From: Rhynchobatus australiae
Taxonomy: Eukaryota
Length of the DNA stretch: 56,561 bases
Assembly (NCBI GenBank): GCA_034780895.1
Contig: JAUZTB010000033.1
Location: 42,704,756-42,761,316, forward strand
Reading direction: 5' to 3'
Position 1 is the stretch's first letter, and every line of letters starts with the position of its first letter. This document shows positions 24,857 through 38,245 of the stretch, one piece after another. The translations under genes and the position numbers were made by a program. The notes under the pieces were generated by a model. The model searched no databases and was not told the origin of the DNA. It saw nothing but the letters and a program-made list of their open reading frames with translations.

Positions 24857-26377
24857 TGAAATTAATAAGAATGAGAGCTGAAAAATCTTCATGCACTGAT
24901 GTCCCGCATCCTAAGGTTTTGAAAGAGGTGATCATTGAGAGAGTGGATGCACTGGCTGTCATCTTCCAAAATTTTAAGGATTGCAGAACGACTCCCACAC
25001 ATTGGAAGCCAGCTGATATAACTACATTGTTTATGAAAGGAGGGAGAGAGAAAACCGGGAACTATAGTGCAGTTGGCCTAATATCAGCCGTGGGGTAAAT
25101 TGCTTGAATCTATTACTTAGGTAGAGCCAACAAGCACCAAGAAAATAATAATGAAGTTAGATAGGGTGACTGCATTCACGAAAGGGAAGTCACGTTTGAC
25201 GAATCTGTTAGAAGTTTTCAAGATTATAAGTCGCCAAACAGATGAGGAGGAATCGGTGGACCTGGTGCTTCGCTGGATCTCAATAAGACCATACAAGTCG
25301 TCACTGAACAGTATTGAACGATATGGGATCAAGGGTTTACATCGGCATAGATTGAGGATTGGTTAATCGACAGAAAATAGTGTCGGTCAGTTTTGGATCT
25401 GGGAGGGGTGTGTCCGGTTGGGTACTGCTGTGATCTGTGTTGGGGCCCCAAATGTACACAATTAAATGAGTGATGCGGATGAGAGGTCAATGTAAAATAT
25501 ATTTCAGCTGACGATACAATGTGGATTGCGAGGTAGATGCCGAGACACACCAGGGGGACGTAGACGGGTCGAGGGTGCGGGCGAGGACACAGCAGATTGA
25601 ATCTAATCTGGAACAATGTGAAATTGTTCACTTTTGGTTTTAAAACAAAAGGATTATTTTTTACATGTAAGAGATTGGGAAGATACTGGTATTCCAAGAG
25701 ACCTGGATGTCCTTCACAATTCACCGAAAGTTAATGTGCAGATACAGCGAGCGTAAAGGTAAACAACCTGTAGGCCTTTGCTGCAAGAATATTTGAGAAC
25801 GAGTATTCCAATTATATCCTGGCGATTCTGCAAATTGTGTACTGGCCTAGTCTCCTTAACCAAGGCAGCATATAGTTCCAGTTAGAGGTTCAACAAAGGA
25901 TTACCAGCTTGATTCCTGAGATTGTTTGGGTGTGGGGGAGAGGGAGGATGGGGGGCAGATTAGAGTCTGATGAGATTAAGTAGACTAGGCCTGTATTCTG
26001 CTGAGTTTAGAAGAATGGGAGGCGATCTCATTGAAATGTACAAAATTCCTCTGCGGCTTAACAGGGTGGGATGATATTTGGAAGCAGGGTCGCAGTCTGA
26101 AAATGAGGGGCCAGCCATTCAGAACATAGATGAGAAATATCTGCACCCAGAAGACTGGGATTCTTTGGAATTCTCCACCCAAGGAAGCTGTGAAAATTCA
26201 GTCACAAAGTATATTCAAGACGAGGATTGAGAGATAATTGGATATTAGAGAAATGGAGGAATATGGGGTTATTGCAGGAAAGTGGTGCCGAACTAAAAGA
26301 TCGGCCACGATCTTAGTGAACGGCAGTCGCGTGGGGAAACGATTGGCCGAGTCCTGCTCCTGTTTCTTTTGTTCTTA
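24857..26377 (+). mobile_element. CR1 LINE ORF2 (RT) through 3' UTR, decayed
   Basis: Peptides HPKVLKEV..ALAVIFQ..WKPADITTLFMKGGREKTGNYSAVGL and FTKGKSRLTNLLEVF; 3' tail tcctgctcctgtttcttttgttctt. Confidence 0.92.
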
Positions 26378-27099
26378 AATCCAAATGGTAGGGGATAAGG
26401 ATGCTTTAAAGATATGGTTGTTTTTTTGTGTAGATATGATCTCAAAATGAAACTGAAACTCTTCACATTAGGCTACGCCAGTCATTGCTGGATGACATTG
26501 TGTTTTGGGAACTACTTCTTTATTCCACGTGGTTTTTCAATTAACCTGTTCTGATGTTTTAAAAGCATTGGGTGGAGGACATTTTTCCCCACACAGGATA
26601 CCATGCACTTCATAAAAGGATCAAATATCAAAAACATGCTGGAAATCTGATCCATAAACGGTTGAGGAAATACTCCATTCATTGCATATCAGTGGAGAAT
26701 AAAACAAGATTTCAATTAAATGGTCTTCCACGGGCTGTACTATTTGGAAATAAAGTCATTGTGTGGGGTTTGTGCAGTTTGAGCAATGACGACTTCTTTA
26801 ATAGCTAATTTCTGGAATAGGCTGCCACCTAGTGGAGCAGATACAGACTCCAGATGAAGATTTCCAAAGCGTGAAGCTCCCCGCATTGACGAGACGGCAG
26901 ATGCTGGAATCTGGAGCAACGCGCAAAGCGCTGGAGGGACGTGGGATTACGTGTGTGCCGAACAGTGAAAAGAGTATTCAATGGATGGAGCTGAACAAGC
27001 TGGCAACCAATGGATCAGATTAGGGTTCTGCAGTCCAAGCACATCTAGTCATGAATGGTGGTGGGCCATGAAATAGTGGGCAGAGGAGGCTGCAAGAAT

Positions 27100-27610
27100 G
27101 TTACCGTCCTCAACGATGGTGGGGCCAGCACGCGAGTGCTAAAGAGTGAAGCATTGACGACCGCACTCAGCCAGAAAGGCCGAACGGATGATCCGTCCTG
27201 GCTTTGTTTTGAGGTCCACGCCGTCGGGGAGAACTGTTCCCGGTCAATTCGATTCCCTTAAAAAAAAAACAGCGGAGAGCACTGAATACGGGAAAGGCCG
27301 CAATAGTGAAGACCTGCTCCGGCACTAGCTGAGCCTCCGGCTCAGCTGCTCCTGTACATTTACAACACTGACATCTTCCTGACAAGGTGGAAAATTCCCC
27401 ACGTGCGTCCTGCTCACAAAACCTGAGAGAAATCCAATCGAGCTGACTGCTACCCAATCAATCCGCTCTCAATCACGGGCAGAGTGATGGAAGCTGTCTT
27501 CAACGGTGCTGACGAGCAGCATCTACTCCTCAGTTCAAGGAGGTGATGCACAGTTTTCTGAAGGACAGTTAAGATGACTGATAAACGTTAGCTTTTCCTG
27601 CCGTGCTCAG
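27100..27610 (+). mobile_element. LINE RT fragment (CR1/L2 group; same family as 53170-53775)
   Basis: ggtggaaaattccccacgtgcgtcctgctcacaaa..aaatccaatc..ccaatcaatccgctctcaatc encodes degenerate WK..V.P.HK...SN....PI..LSI...ME. Confidence 0.7.
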
Positions 27611-27939
27611 ATATCAGGAGAAATTAATTTTAAAGCAGCTGAAATAGCCTGCTAGTCCTCAGTAAAGTGTGTGTGCACACGTGCATTTGGAGAAATGTTA
27701 ATGTGTTAAAATGTAAAGCCGCAGTCTTCAAATGCACTGTTTTTCCTGATTACCGATTACGTTCAGAATTTTGGCTCGGGTAACAGTAGCTTGAATGCGG
27801 GAGCCTTAAGCATACAAACCAAATCGAAATAATTGAAATGGGGGAGAAATGAATGTGCCCTTAAATTTGCAATGTTATCAATTTGTTTTAATCATCTCTG
27901 AAAGAACTGCTAGTATATGTGTTGTTATGGATGGAAAAG

Positions 27940-28335
27940 GATAAGTTCAGAGCGCTCTAACCACGGACGCAGCCAGGTTACAGACACAAGCCTTTGCCAT
28001 CCACCTCCAATGTCAAATTTTAAACTCGATCATATATAATGAGCTTGACAATGCGGTGTAATACTGAGGACAAACTGCATTGTTAAATATGCTCTGTGAG
28101 CTACAAGCTACCCGTTTCTGATCGTTCAAGGTAACTGTACAATTTCGAGAGGAACAGTTAGTTTTCTTGGTGTTCTGGCTAACATTGTACTATTTAAGCA
28201 GTGCTGTAAGATCTTGACATAGAAATCTGTCTACATAATAACATCAGTTCACATCAAAGTGAAATGTACTGCAAGCTGAGGTTTTTTTTTTGTATTTCCA
28301 GAAAGTTATGATAAGATGCTATATAAGTATCATTT
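27940..28335 (+). mobile_element. Decayed Deu-SINE-like element
   Basis: Residual blocks gcttgacaatgcggtgtaatactgagg..ctgcattgtt, ttcgagaggaacag..ttcttggtgttctggctaacatt, and tail agatgctatataagt. Antiparallel similarity to 55840-56245. Confidence 0.5.
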
Positions 28336-28545
28336 TAAAATGGAGGCTTTTTAAAACTGATTAGCCCAAGGCAAGCAAAATACTTTAGAATGACCGCTTT
28401 TAGTGGATGCCATTTCAGTCAATTGTGCAACTTCTTTCTTCCTTTGTATTATTGTGCAGCAGTGGCCTTGCAGAGTACCTTGTTGTGTCAGGATTCACGG
28501 TGCCTATAAAGCACAATTAGGGTTTGTTGACCACGGAAGACCGCG

Positions 28546-28757
28546 CAACAGACAATCTGCGGGTCCAGTAGTATCCGTGGGAGGAAAGGAATTGTCGACG
28601 CGTCGGGTGAAACCCTTGCGTCAGGAGTCCTTGCAGGGTTTCGACCCAAAGTGTGGACAATTCCTTCCCTCCCACATACGCCACTCGACCCGGTGAGTTC
28701 CTCCAGCAGAATGTTTGCTGCTCCAGATTCCAGCATCTGCAGTCTCTCGTGTCTCCG
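28546..28757. repeat. Second fold-back Penelope-associated repeat with two degenerate hammerhead cores in inverted orientation
   Basis: gtgggaggaaaggaattgtc ... gacaattccttccctcccac inverted arms; tail ccagattccagcatctgcagtctctcgtgtctcc. Confidence 0.75.
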
Positions 28758-29039
28758 TGGAAGACTGTGCGGTAATTGAGTGTCGCCCGTGTAATTTAAC
28801 GTTGCGGTCGTGTAATTATGACAGCTAATGAAGTTGATTTGCATCATTCTGGCTATCAGTCCAGTAATCTGCACAGCAATCTATCCTAATATGCTCGATG
28901 CTATGCTGTGTGTAAAGCTAGCTATATTATGCTGTTGACAGGATTGGAGCTTTTAATCAGTTTATGGTTTTTAAAAAGTAGGGAACAAATTTCAGATTTT
29001 TGTTGAAGATTACTGCTTTCAGTGCTTTGTACCCTTTAT

Positions 29040-29360
29040 ATGGTCACCACGTTTATGCCGACCATCGAGTTCATCTCAACTAATTCTACCTGTCTGCATT
29101 AATTCCATATCCCTCTAAACCCTGCTCATTCAAGTACCTCTCCAGATGCCTCTTAAATGTCGTTACTGTTGCTGCCTCCACCATCTCCTCTGGCAGCTCA
29201 TTCCGGATACCGACTACTCTCAGTGTGAGAAATTTACCCCTCGGATCCCCTTTCGACTTCCCACTCATCTTAAACCTATGCCCTCCCATTTTAAACACCC
29301 TACTGCGGGAAACGGACCCTGCTTATCTATCCTATCTATGGCTCTCTTAGTTTTATGTAC
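29040..29360 (-). mobile_element. CR1 3' end
   Basis: ORF 29086..29298: GHRFKM..RGKFLTLRVVGIRNELPEEMVEAATVTTFKRHLERYL, the canonical CR1 ORF2 C-terminus. Confidence 0.9.
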
Positions 29361-30164
29361 CTTAAATTGTTTTCAAATGGTGATTCTTAAGATAAATTAG
29401 CAAGCCTATGCCGTAGGTGTTGTTGGGAGGGCGAGGAAATGAAACCGAGCCGGCTTGTGTCCACAGAGGGAGAGTATGGCAGCAAACTCGCTCCCGCGAG
29501 GTTCTGGGCACAAGGACGGCTGTGTTATCGTCTGACCGGGAATGGTTAGACGCTGCGCTTCAACACCGCGGAGAGCGAGTTTCGCCACGCAAACGGAAGG
29601 GAATTTGGAAACGATCTACTTCGTGTTGACGTGCATATTCTAGTTAGCCAGTCCTTATTTATTGCGTTGATTTCATCACTGGAGTCTCTTCCACTCTTTG
29701 GTGAGATCACGGCTGATCTGTGTCCTCCTTCCATTTAGCTGCTTTTGCACAGATATAAAATTAACGATTAACTTGACATCATATGCGTTATTTTCCCTTT
29801 ATCATTCATCCTGCTCCTCCCTGACAACACAGGGACTTTTGCCCGAGGAGGCAAAGAAGGGAATTGCTTCCTGGCCCTCTCGTGTTGAGCAATATTTCCA
29901 AGCTGACCAGTCTTTGTGCAGCCTTTTGTGAACCTGGTCACTGACAAGATGAAGACGGAGATCAACTGGCACGGAATTTACCTTGAGTGCACATTTATCT
30001 CCTTGAAGCAGAAATTGAACTTTGTGCCATTTTCTCTGCGCCTACCCCACTTTTGCTTGAACCTCTCCCTCTCTTTTACTGACCCCTCCTCTATTATTTT
30101 AGTTTTTGATTCATTTTTATTAAAATTTCTTGAATATCAGACTAAACACGATGCTCGCGAGGCC

Positions 30165-30680
30165 ACATTTGGACTATTGTGTTTAGTTGTGGTCACCCCG
30201 CTATAGGAAAGATGCCATTAAGCAGGAAAGAGTGCAGAAAAGATCTTCGAGGATGTTACTGGGACTCGAGGATCTGAGTTACAGGGAGAGGTTGGACAGG
30301 CTGAGACTTTATTCGTTGGAGCATAGGAGACTGAGGGGTGATCTTATAAGATCATGAGGGGCACAGGTAGGGTGAATATACGCGGTCTTTCTCCCGGGGT
30401 TGGGGAATCGAGAACTAGAGGACATTGGTTTAAGGTGAGAGGGGAGAGATTTAATAGGAACTTGAGGGGCGACCTTTTCACCCAGAGGATGGTCCGTATA
30501 TGGAACGAACTGCCAGAGGAAGTGGTTGAGGCAGGTACATTAACGACATTTAAAAGATACTTGGACCGGTACATGGATAGGAAAGGTCTAGAGGGACGTG
30601 GGACGACCTCAGACGGGCACCTTGGTTTGGCACGGACCAGTTGGGCCGAAGGGCCTTTTTTCACGCTCCGCGACGAAAGT
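30165..30680 (+). mobile_element. CR1 3' end
   Basis: ORF 30354..30722: SRTRGHWFKVRGERFNRNLRGDLFTQRMVRIWNELPEEVVEAGTLTTFKRYLDRYM. Confidence 0.93.
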
Positions 30681-33467
30681 ACAAATATGGTAACTATTTT
30701 CGAACCTACTTTCTGTTTGTAGCCTGTTCCCTTTTCACCTTCCAATAGAGAATGGAAATGGATCGGAACCAGCTATTGATATAGCTTTAAAAATGTATAC
30801 TGTGTGTTTTGAGATCTGGATATTGGTAGAAACGGCGTCTCAGCTGTTGGGATATGGTCTAAAATAGAGTAAGCAGTAGCAGACAGTTTTAAATCGTGTA
30901 GGCGACTATTCAAGGAGAAACATGGTGTTTTATTCAGCTAACTCATCTCGTAGGGTTTTTTCACTGAGAAACCCCAATAAGTGTAGTGGAAATAATAATT
31001 GACAACAATGACACTGAAAGGTGAAGTTGGCCATGCACAGGAAATCTTCAGTTAGTGTGGACTAATTATTATTTCTGATTTATCAAAACCTGTGGAAAAA
31101 CGAGTGCTGGAAATAAATAGCAAACATGTCATCCAGGGTCTGGAGCTGAGTTATCCCATCCCCCTGTGTTATTGCAGAGAGCAGTGCAGGTACCCGCACG
31201 GCGGTTCACCGCGGAGCCTGTCCTCAGGAGAGTGCGGAGGCTGGCATTTTCAGCTGTTTGAGAGCGTGCTGCCTTAGTGTACGGCATTTTTTAAACTGAA
31301 GATAGCAGTTTATTATTCATTGCTTTACATGCCGTGCTGAAATTTGCATAAACTCTTCTCGNNNNNNNNNNNNNNNNNNNNNNNNNNNNNNNNNNNNNNN
31401 NNNNNNNNNNNNNNNNNNNNNNNNNNNNNNNNNNNNNNNNNNNNNNNNNNNNNNNNNNNNNGGTATTGGGATTTTTGTATCTGCGGTGACCTTTGTGTTC
31501 AGTTCACACTGAAAGTTCAGTCTGTTGAGATGCTCATCATGATTGTCACAGTACAATTATATTTTGTTCAAATTAGTTTTCTTTCTTTCAGTGCTTTTTT
31601 GTTTAAAAGCGATGTCGTCCTCAGAGAATTTGCACGTTGGGGACTGTGGAGGTGGAGACCAACCAGATTAAAATGCTGTTTATTTGAAAGCTGACTCCAA
31701 ATGAATGAGAATTATTGAAATTTACTTTAGTTTGCACATTTTTTCAAATGACGATTATTAATTAGTCAAGGCAGCAGCAAGAGAATTCCCAGCTGGTCCG
31801 TCTTTGAAGAATGCAGCCTTAGGTGAGAAGTTTGCCTTTGGTTGAATTGTGATGTGCAATTTTCAGCACGTCTGAATTGTTGGGAGAGCCAATGTTGTAG
31901 ACTGTTTTATCCATGGGGCATCGCCCCTGTTGACCTGCTGCCAGCTCCTCCTAGCTCGAGGGTAGCAACCTGGAGTAATTGCTCATAATTTTGAGTTGGG
32001 TGTAAATCTACAGCCTCTTAATGAGTAAATTGCTATTAACTGAGTCAAATTGGTTTGAGGGAAAATTATGATCGCTTCATTAAAAAGTAATAGAATACTT
32101 TTTTTTTTAAAGATTATGTGCATTTCAAGGACAGGAAATAATTGATACTTCACACCAAAAATAAAGGGAGCAGATCGCCGGTCCGGATCTGTCCGGGAAA
32201 GGGTTTATCACGGGTTATGTCTTTTGCTTAATTGTGTACTCTTTGCTCTTAATTTAGAACGGTGTTTAATATTATGATGCACATTGTGTCGAGTGGGAAG
32301 ATACCCCTGTGGAACACTTCACAGCATTTTAGCTTCTGATGCAAAAGATTCCAGATGCAAACTGCCATTTGACATTGTTCCTTATTTTCAAAAAAAATCA
32401 ATTTCATGAAGCATTGTTATTTATTGTTGTATACTACTATCCTTGGCTCAATTTCCCAGTTCACACTAGTGTTACAATATCAGTTTACCATAAACTCTGT
32501 TTATCTTCAACGGGGCCATGGAGGTCAAGTAATTACTCAGTTGACAACTGCGGTTTTTAAAATCGGTTACCCAACTTCAATGCATTTGGCTCATACGACC
32601 TATCAAAACTTCCTTATCTCGCGTGAATAACTGCAAGAGAAAATGTATCTGCAAAAGTTTAACTGTTATGAAGAAACTTTGACTTAATCTGATTTTTATC
32701 AGGAAATCATTCAGATGTTAGAGCCTTATTCTGTGTATGGATTTAAAAATGCTGTAATTACTGATGACAGATGTTTTAAAAGAACTGAATTCTTTATGCT
32801 GCCAGATTCACAGACTAATGAGATTTTAAGGTCGTCAGTCTTTTTAGTTGTTTCTTTTAAACCATTGTTCAGCTTCTCTCTTCAGAAAGATGTAGTGAAT
32901 ACTAGATTTGTCCCACAGAACTGCATCACAACTTTCCCTTCTTCACCTTATACAGTCAGCGTCAGAATGTTCAATTCAAGTGAGACGACGGGGTTCGGGA
33001 CAGGGCCGAGGAGTTCTTTGCCGATATTTGGATCGGTGGATCTCACTCCGTCAAAGATTTCAACGCTTCCCAAACCCAGACCTCTTGGTATTTCAGTCGA
33101 AGCGTCGACTGACCTCAGTCTAGCCCTCGGTCAAGCATAGAATTCGAAAAAGCTATTTGTTTTGCACATGGGCAACATTTTATGCATTTCCCAGTTTTCT
33201 TCCAATGCATCTCCATTGTGTAAGATTCCAATACCGACGACATTTTCTGTCTCGTTTGACTCTTATGGAATTATAAACAACCAAACCCCTCCATCGATGT
33301 AGACTTCCCAGTCCAAATACAATACAAGCACATTGCACGTTCATTGGTTTCACAGCATCTTTTCACATTTTGAAATATTTGAATAGTTTGTAGGATGTGG
33401 AAAGGAGTAAAATCCTTGTCTGGCATCTGAATTCCACATACCTAACTGCTGTTTCATCTCTTGACAG

Positions 33468-33607
33468 AGAGTTTTCAACGTTTTGTACCCGATGCCTCCG
33501 GACCAGAGGAGACATGTTAGTATTAACTCTGCACGCTGGCTTCCAGAGCCTGGGATGGGCCTGGCCTATGGGACCAATAAGGGAGACCTAGTCATTTGCC
33601 GGCCCGT
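33468..33607 (+). CDS. AMBRA1: AMBRA1 internal coding exon B (140 nt, phase 0 to 2), last WD40 blade region
   Basis: Acceptor cctaactgctgtttcatctcttgacag; donor GT|gtaagt. Translates [46 protein letters not shown](V), in frame with exon A. Confidence 0.97.
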
Positions 33608-36600
33608 GTAAGTAGCTTTTAATATTAAAATGCATTTTATCCAGAGCTATTGCCATCAGGGAATTATTTTTCAGAATATATGGATGACTTAATGCAAAGT
33701 AAACATACCGCTTCACACCGTCACAGCTGGTCGGTGTCTACGGTACTAGACAATAGAACAGTACGATTAAGATTTGTGTGAGTTCAATAATGTGATTATT
33801 TCAAAGTTGCTGCCTATGACACAGCTGCACAGAAACGGCCTGTTTTTCATTGTCCATCTTTGGAGACGTAAAGGGTAATGGTCAGCAAGTTGTCTGAAGC
33901 ATCAACGTGCTTCGGGGACTGCTGATGCACGCGTGCCAAGGGATATGATGGATTGGGGGAATTATATGGCGAAAGCGTGATCAGAGTGAACGGAGGCTCA
34001 AAGGCAGTCGGAAGGTTGACGTGCACTCTTGGGTGGGTAGCGTAGACCGACTCTGTTGTACTAAATATTTATTTCACGTAATTAAAATATTATTTTCATT
34101 AGTCTTCAGTGTTTGTTTAGACATGGTAAAATCATTGCATTTATAATCGGAATTTGTAATAATTAGAGTTTGCCTTTGTTTTTCAGTTGTATTCAATTAG
34201 AATTGTACATCTGATCACAAACTTCAGTCCAGGCCTATTCGAAAGTAAAAATGAGAACACCTCACGCAGAGGGAGTTATAAGTTTGGAGTGCTCATTCGC
34301 TGTAGCTGTTCTGAGATTTGAGGATATTTGGTAGCAGTGGCTCCATGCATTTGGGTCATGGATGACATGTAATTTCATTGAATGAACGGTGGATCAGGTC
34401 TGAGGGGCGAAGCAGCCCATTGCAGCTCTGATGTTGCAACTTTGAGAGTGCCCTACTGTACCTGCGGCAGTTCTTCCCCCCAAGCACTGGAAAAGAACCT
34501 GACTTGTCTGAACATGTTGTTTCTCGTGTTACTGTACCTACAAACGTCTCTTTCAGAATCATACTTTGTACCTGTTGAAATTTTCCATCGGCCGGAAAAC
34601 AAACACGCATCTGCTGATTTTAACTGTGTAATATTTTGGCTTCTGTTCACACCCTTTGAAGTATAAATGTTCCAGTTATATTATGCTGTCTGTCGTCTAC
34701 AATTTGGATGACAACTTCAAAATTATTTGAGGCTTTTAAAAAAAAAACTATCTCATTAATATCCTATCTTAAACTTTGACATCCCAAGCCATTTCACGGG
34801 AGTAGTCGACTGCATTTGACGTCGAGCCGTGTGGTTGGATTGATAGTGGAACCAGTGGGTGTTTCTGGTGACCTTTACCTTGGTGACACCGAACAACCTA
34901 AGCTTTGCTATCAAGAACTTTGAAAAATCACTTGTTACAAAAACTAGATGCAGGAACAGGCTTGAGGGGTTTTTGACTTTGGATTTGTTCTTTTTCAAGA
35001 ATATGTAGAGGTCGGTTTGTAGGATGAGTGATGAGAACATTTAAAAAAAAGCAGGTTATTTTTCTGCAGTTTGTGAAAAGTTACAATGCCATAACTGTCC
35101 GTTTGTGTTTGTGTATATCACAATAATCTCTAGATTTAAAATTAAAGAGAAGCGTGCATCTATAGTGTGCATTCACAGTGCTCTCAAATATCCTGTCGTG
35201 CTCCATATTTAATTACTTACTTCAAAGTCTATTAACCTTTGAGATTTTTTTTGTGAAAAACCTTGCAATGTTTTGAAGAGATGTGATAAGGTGCTTTACA
35301 AAGATAAGTCTTTATCTTGTTCTCACGCGAGAGACTGTGTGTTTGCAATAGTGGTAAGTTACAATGCTGATATTTGCATTCTCAATTTCCAATACCCGAA
35401 AAGTTCACAGTTGGCATTGATCTTTTCGAAACACACTCAACTCCACAATAGGTCCAAACATCAACGTGGTCGGTTGAAGATTAGAAACCACAACATTTTT
35501 TGTCGAGAAAATGTTAAAAAATAAAAATACGGCAGGTTATTTTGATGGAGAAAATCGCCACCATCTGTACTTAAATAAGTGACGATACGAAAGTGCAGCT
35601 GTTAGAGTTTTTTCAGGTTTGATTTTCTCAGGTTTTGTTAGTAGAACCTAATTAATTTTCATCGATAAGACTTTTTTTACCTGAAGTGAAAGTTATCAAG
35701 GTAATTTAGTAGTGTGCCCGGCAACCAAAAGCAAGCCACTGTCCTTTCTCTGGTTGCAAACACTACTCTTGAGTTCAACAAGCAAACATATTTATAAGGA
35801 AGAAGTATTTATAATAAGTTAATAGTTAACAATAAATCAACTGATTTTCCAGTGGCTATTAAATTTAACTATCTTCCTGCATACGTAGAATATAAACACA
35901 TCACAACCATTGTGCTAAATGATATACTTTCACCGCACAATCGTTCTCCATTTCTCACTGTCTGTGTAATCTTACCCAATTTGATGATCACTCTCTAACA
36001 TCTTAATGTCAACTCTCCAGTTTCCCAAACCAAGCTGTGAAATAGTTTTCAGGAACTGATTGGCATCAAACAGATTCAAGGAACTCTCTTTTGAAGCTTC
36101 CGATGTACATTGAATTGAAATTCTACAAGATGTTTGAGTTTATATTGAATAGTTCTCATTCCACCTGGCTCAGGATAACAGATAATTGCACAATTATCAA
36201 GTTATATCAAGTGCATTGGTAGCACATTGTATCGGAATATAAGTTGTAAAAGAAGTGATTTTTTAATACCTCGAATTAAAAATAGAATAACGATGGAATT
36301 AAAGATAGAAAAAATATCTCTCAAGATTCTCTTTTGTTTTAAGTTACTTAATTCGAGATTCTCAGTTTACGTGGGAGTAATGGAAGTCCATGTGACAAGT
36401 GAACAACTGTAAAGTTGTTAAATATCATAGAGTTTGACTAAAAGCTACTAGGAATGTGAAGCCAGAGGAACTACATTTTTTCTCTAATGTACTTCAGCTT
36501 TGTATTAAAGAAGATAAGGGCCATGCCTTCAATCTCTTTGGCATTTTCTTTGTTCCTCGAGCAAGGTCTCTCTCCTCCTCCTGTCAGTGCTCTTGTTGAT

Positions 36601-37589
36601 GAAAGGATTTCTCCAGCAGTTTCATTGTAAGTCGCAGAGAATGAACAAACCTGACAGGCAGCTCAGAACCCAGGGATCCATAACACAGGATGGAAAATGT
36701 GCATTTCGAGTTTTTGACGTGTTGACGCGAGAGTTGTTTTCAATGCTCACGCAAACCAAAATATCCTCAAAGTTAAACACAAACATGCGAAATTAATTGG
36801 AATTTTTTTGTCGCTTAAAATAATGATGTTTAATGGTGAAACATCTGTAGATTGCTGAATAAAATATCACATTACAAGGATGATACTTGTACAGAAATGT
36901 GTGGTTGGTTCATATTACACTTGAAGACCAAACCATCCAGTGTGGTTTCAGTAACACGAATGTTACCTCCTGATTTATCTGTAATGAGAACATTGTTTTC
37001 TCAACGTTCTCTACTCACCTGTCTATCCTCGGTTCTTCTCGCTCTTCTCGTTTCCTTCTGAATGAATAACTTCTGACACATTTTTGAAGTGCGCCGAGAA
37101 AGCACGGAACTGCCGAATGCATGAAGAAGAATGAGCTCAGTGATATTCACAGACTAGAAATAAGGACGGAAAGCACGCGTCACATATCGTCCCGCATTTA
37201 CCTATTGGACCCGGAGCCCACTTTATTTTCGTTTGCTTTATCTTCCATTTGGAGTCGATGTGTGTCCCTTATGTGATAATGCATGCATATGGATATACCT
37301 CCTTAAGATAAATTATTTCTCGCACTTGCTGACAATTCTATGAACAACTCCTATATTCGTGTTTAAAATTAAAACTGCCGCCATAAGCTCGTTAAACTGT
37401 GATCCGAGCCGATAATCGAGGAGTCGGTGCATTTGAGATTACGTCTTCCAGCTTTACAGGCTGTAAGGCAGAGGAACATGCTCCAAAGACTCTTGTCTAC
37501 TTAACAAAATGCTTTGTAGTTTAACTGCAAGCGGTGTCAGATCCAGGATAGCATCCATTTTTGATCTTAAAGTGTAAAGTGAATTACAT

Positions 37590-38245
37590 CTGTCCCATTA
37601 CTGGTCCCGTAATCCACTGAGTGTAAGGCCAGATCACACCATTGGAATTTGAAAGTTTGAATTTAGTTTGGACATAAAAGCTGCTCTAAGATCACGAAGC
37701 TGTTTGATTGTCACTGGTGCACCGGTGAGTGTCCTTCAAGGATGGAAACCTACCAACATCACCCAGTCTAACCCAGACGTGACTTAACTCCAGCAACACC
37801 TCATTCGGCTCCAACTGCACCTCGAAGTGACGGAGTAACCCACGAATTATACAATTTCAGTGGCACCACGATGCTGCTGCCTTTCACCTTCAGGGTCTCT
37901 GCTTTAATCCTAATCTCGGGTGCTGTCTAAATGGAGTTATGTGGCCAGGGTGGGTCCCCACCAGGTGCTCCAGTTTCCTCTTGTGTCCCAAAGGCATCCT
38001 GGTAGGTTAATTGGTTACTGAAAAGTACACATCGGTGTAGGAAAGTGACAACAAGAATCAAAGGGGAGTTGATGCGCATGCAAAAGGGAATGAGTTACAG
38101 AGCACAGGGGAATGAGATTGGTGAGAATGGTCTGCTGGAAGCCAGCATGGATCTGATGGCTGAATGGCCCCCTGTATTCAAATAATTAAACGCAAGGATG
38201 GCCAATAAATGTTGGCCATCGCAGAAATCGCACCCCGAGAATGAT
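37590..38245 (+). mobile_element. SINE sharing its 3' tail with the 53170-53775 LINE, interrupted by a V-SINE
   Basis: Body ..gtgtccttcaaggatggaaacctacc..cccagtcta..gtgact..; the tail ggatggccaataaatgttggcc resumes after about 38190. Confidence 0.55.
37857..38185 (+). mobile_element. V-SINE nested in the preceding SINE
   Basis: ctcgggtgctgtctaaatggagtt..caggtgctccagtttcctc..tcccaaagg..ggtaggttaattggttactg V-domain. Confidence 0.7.

Noticed and set aside
32715-33140. 141-aa + strand ORF upstream of exon B
   Set aside because: No homology or splice support; the opposite strand looks like a decayed CR1 3' region.
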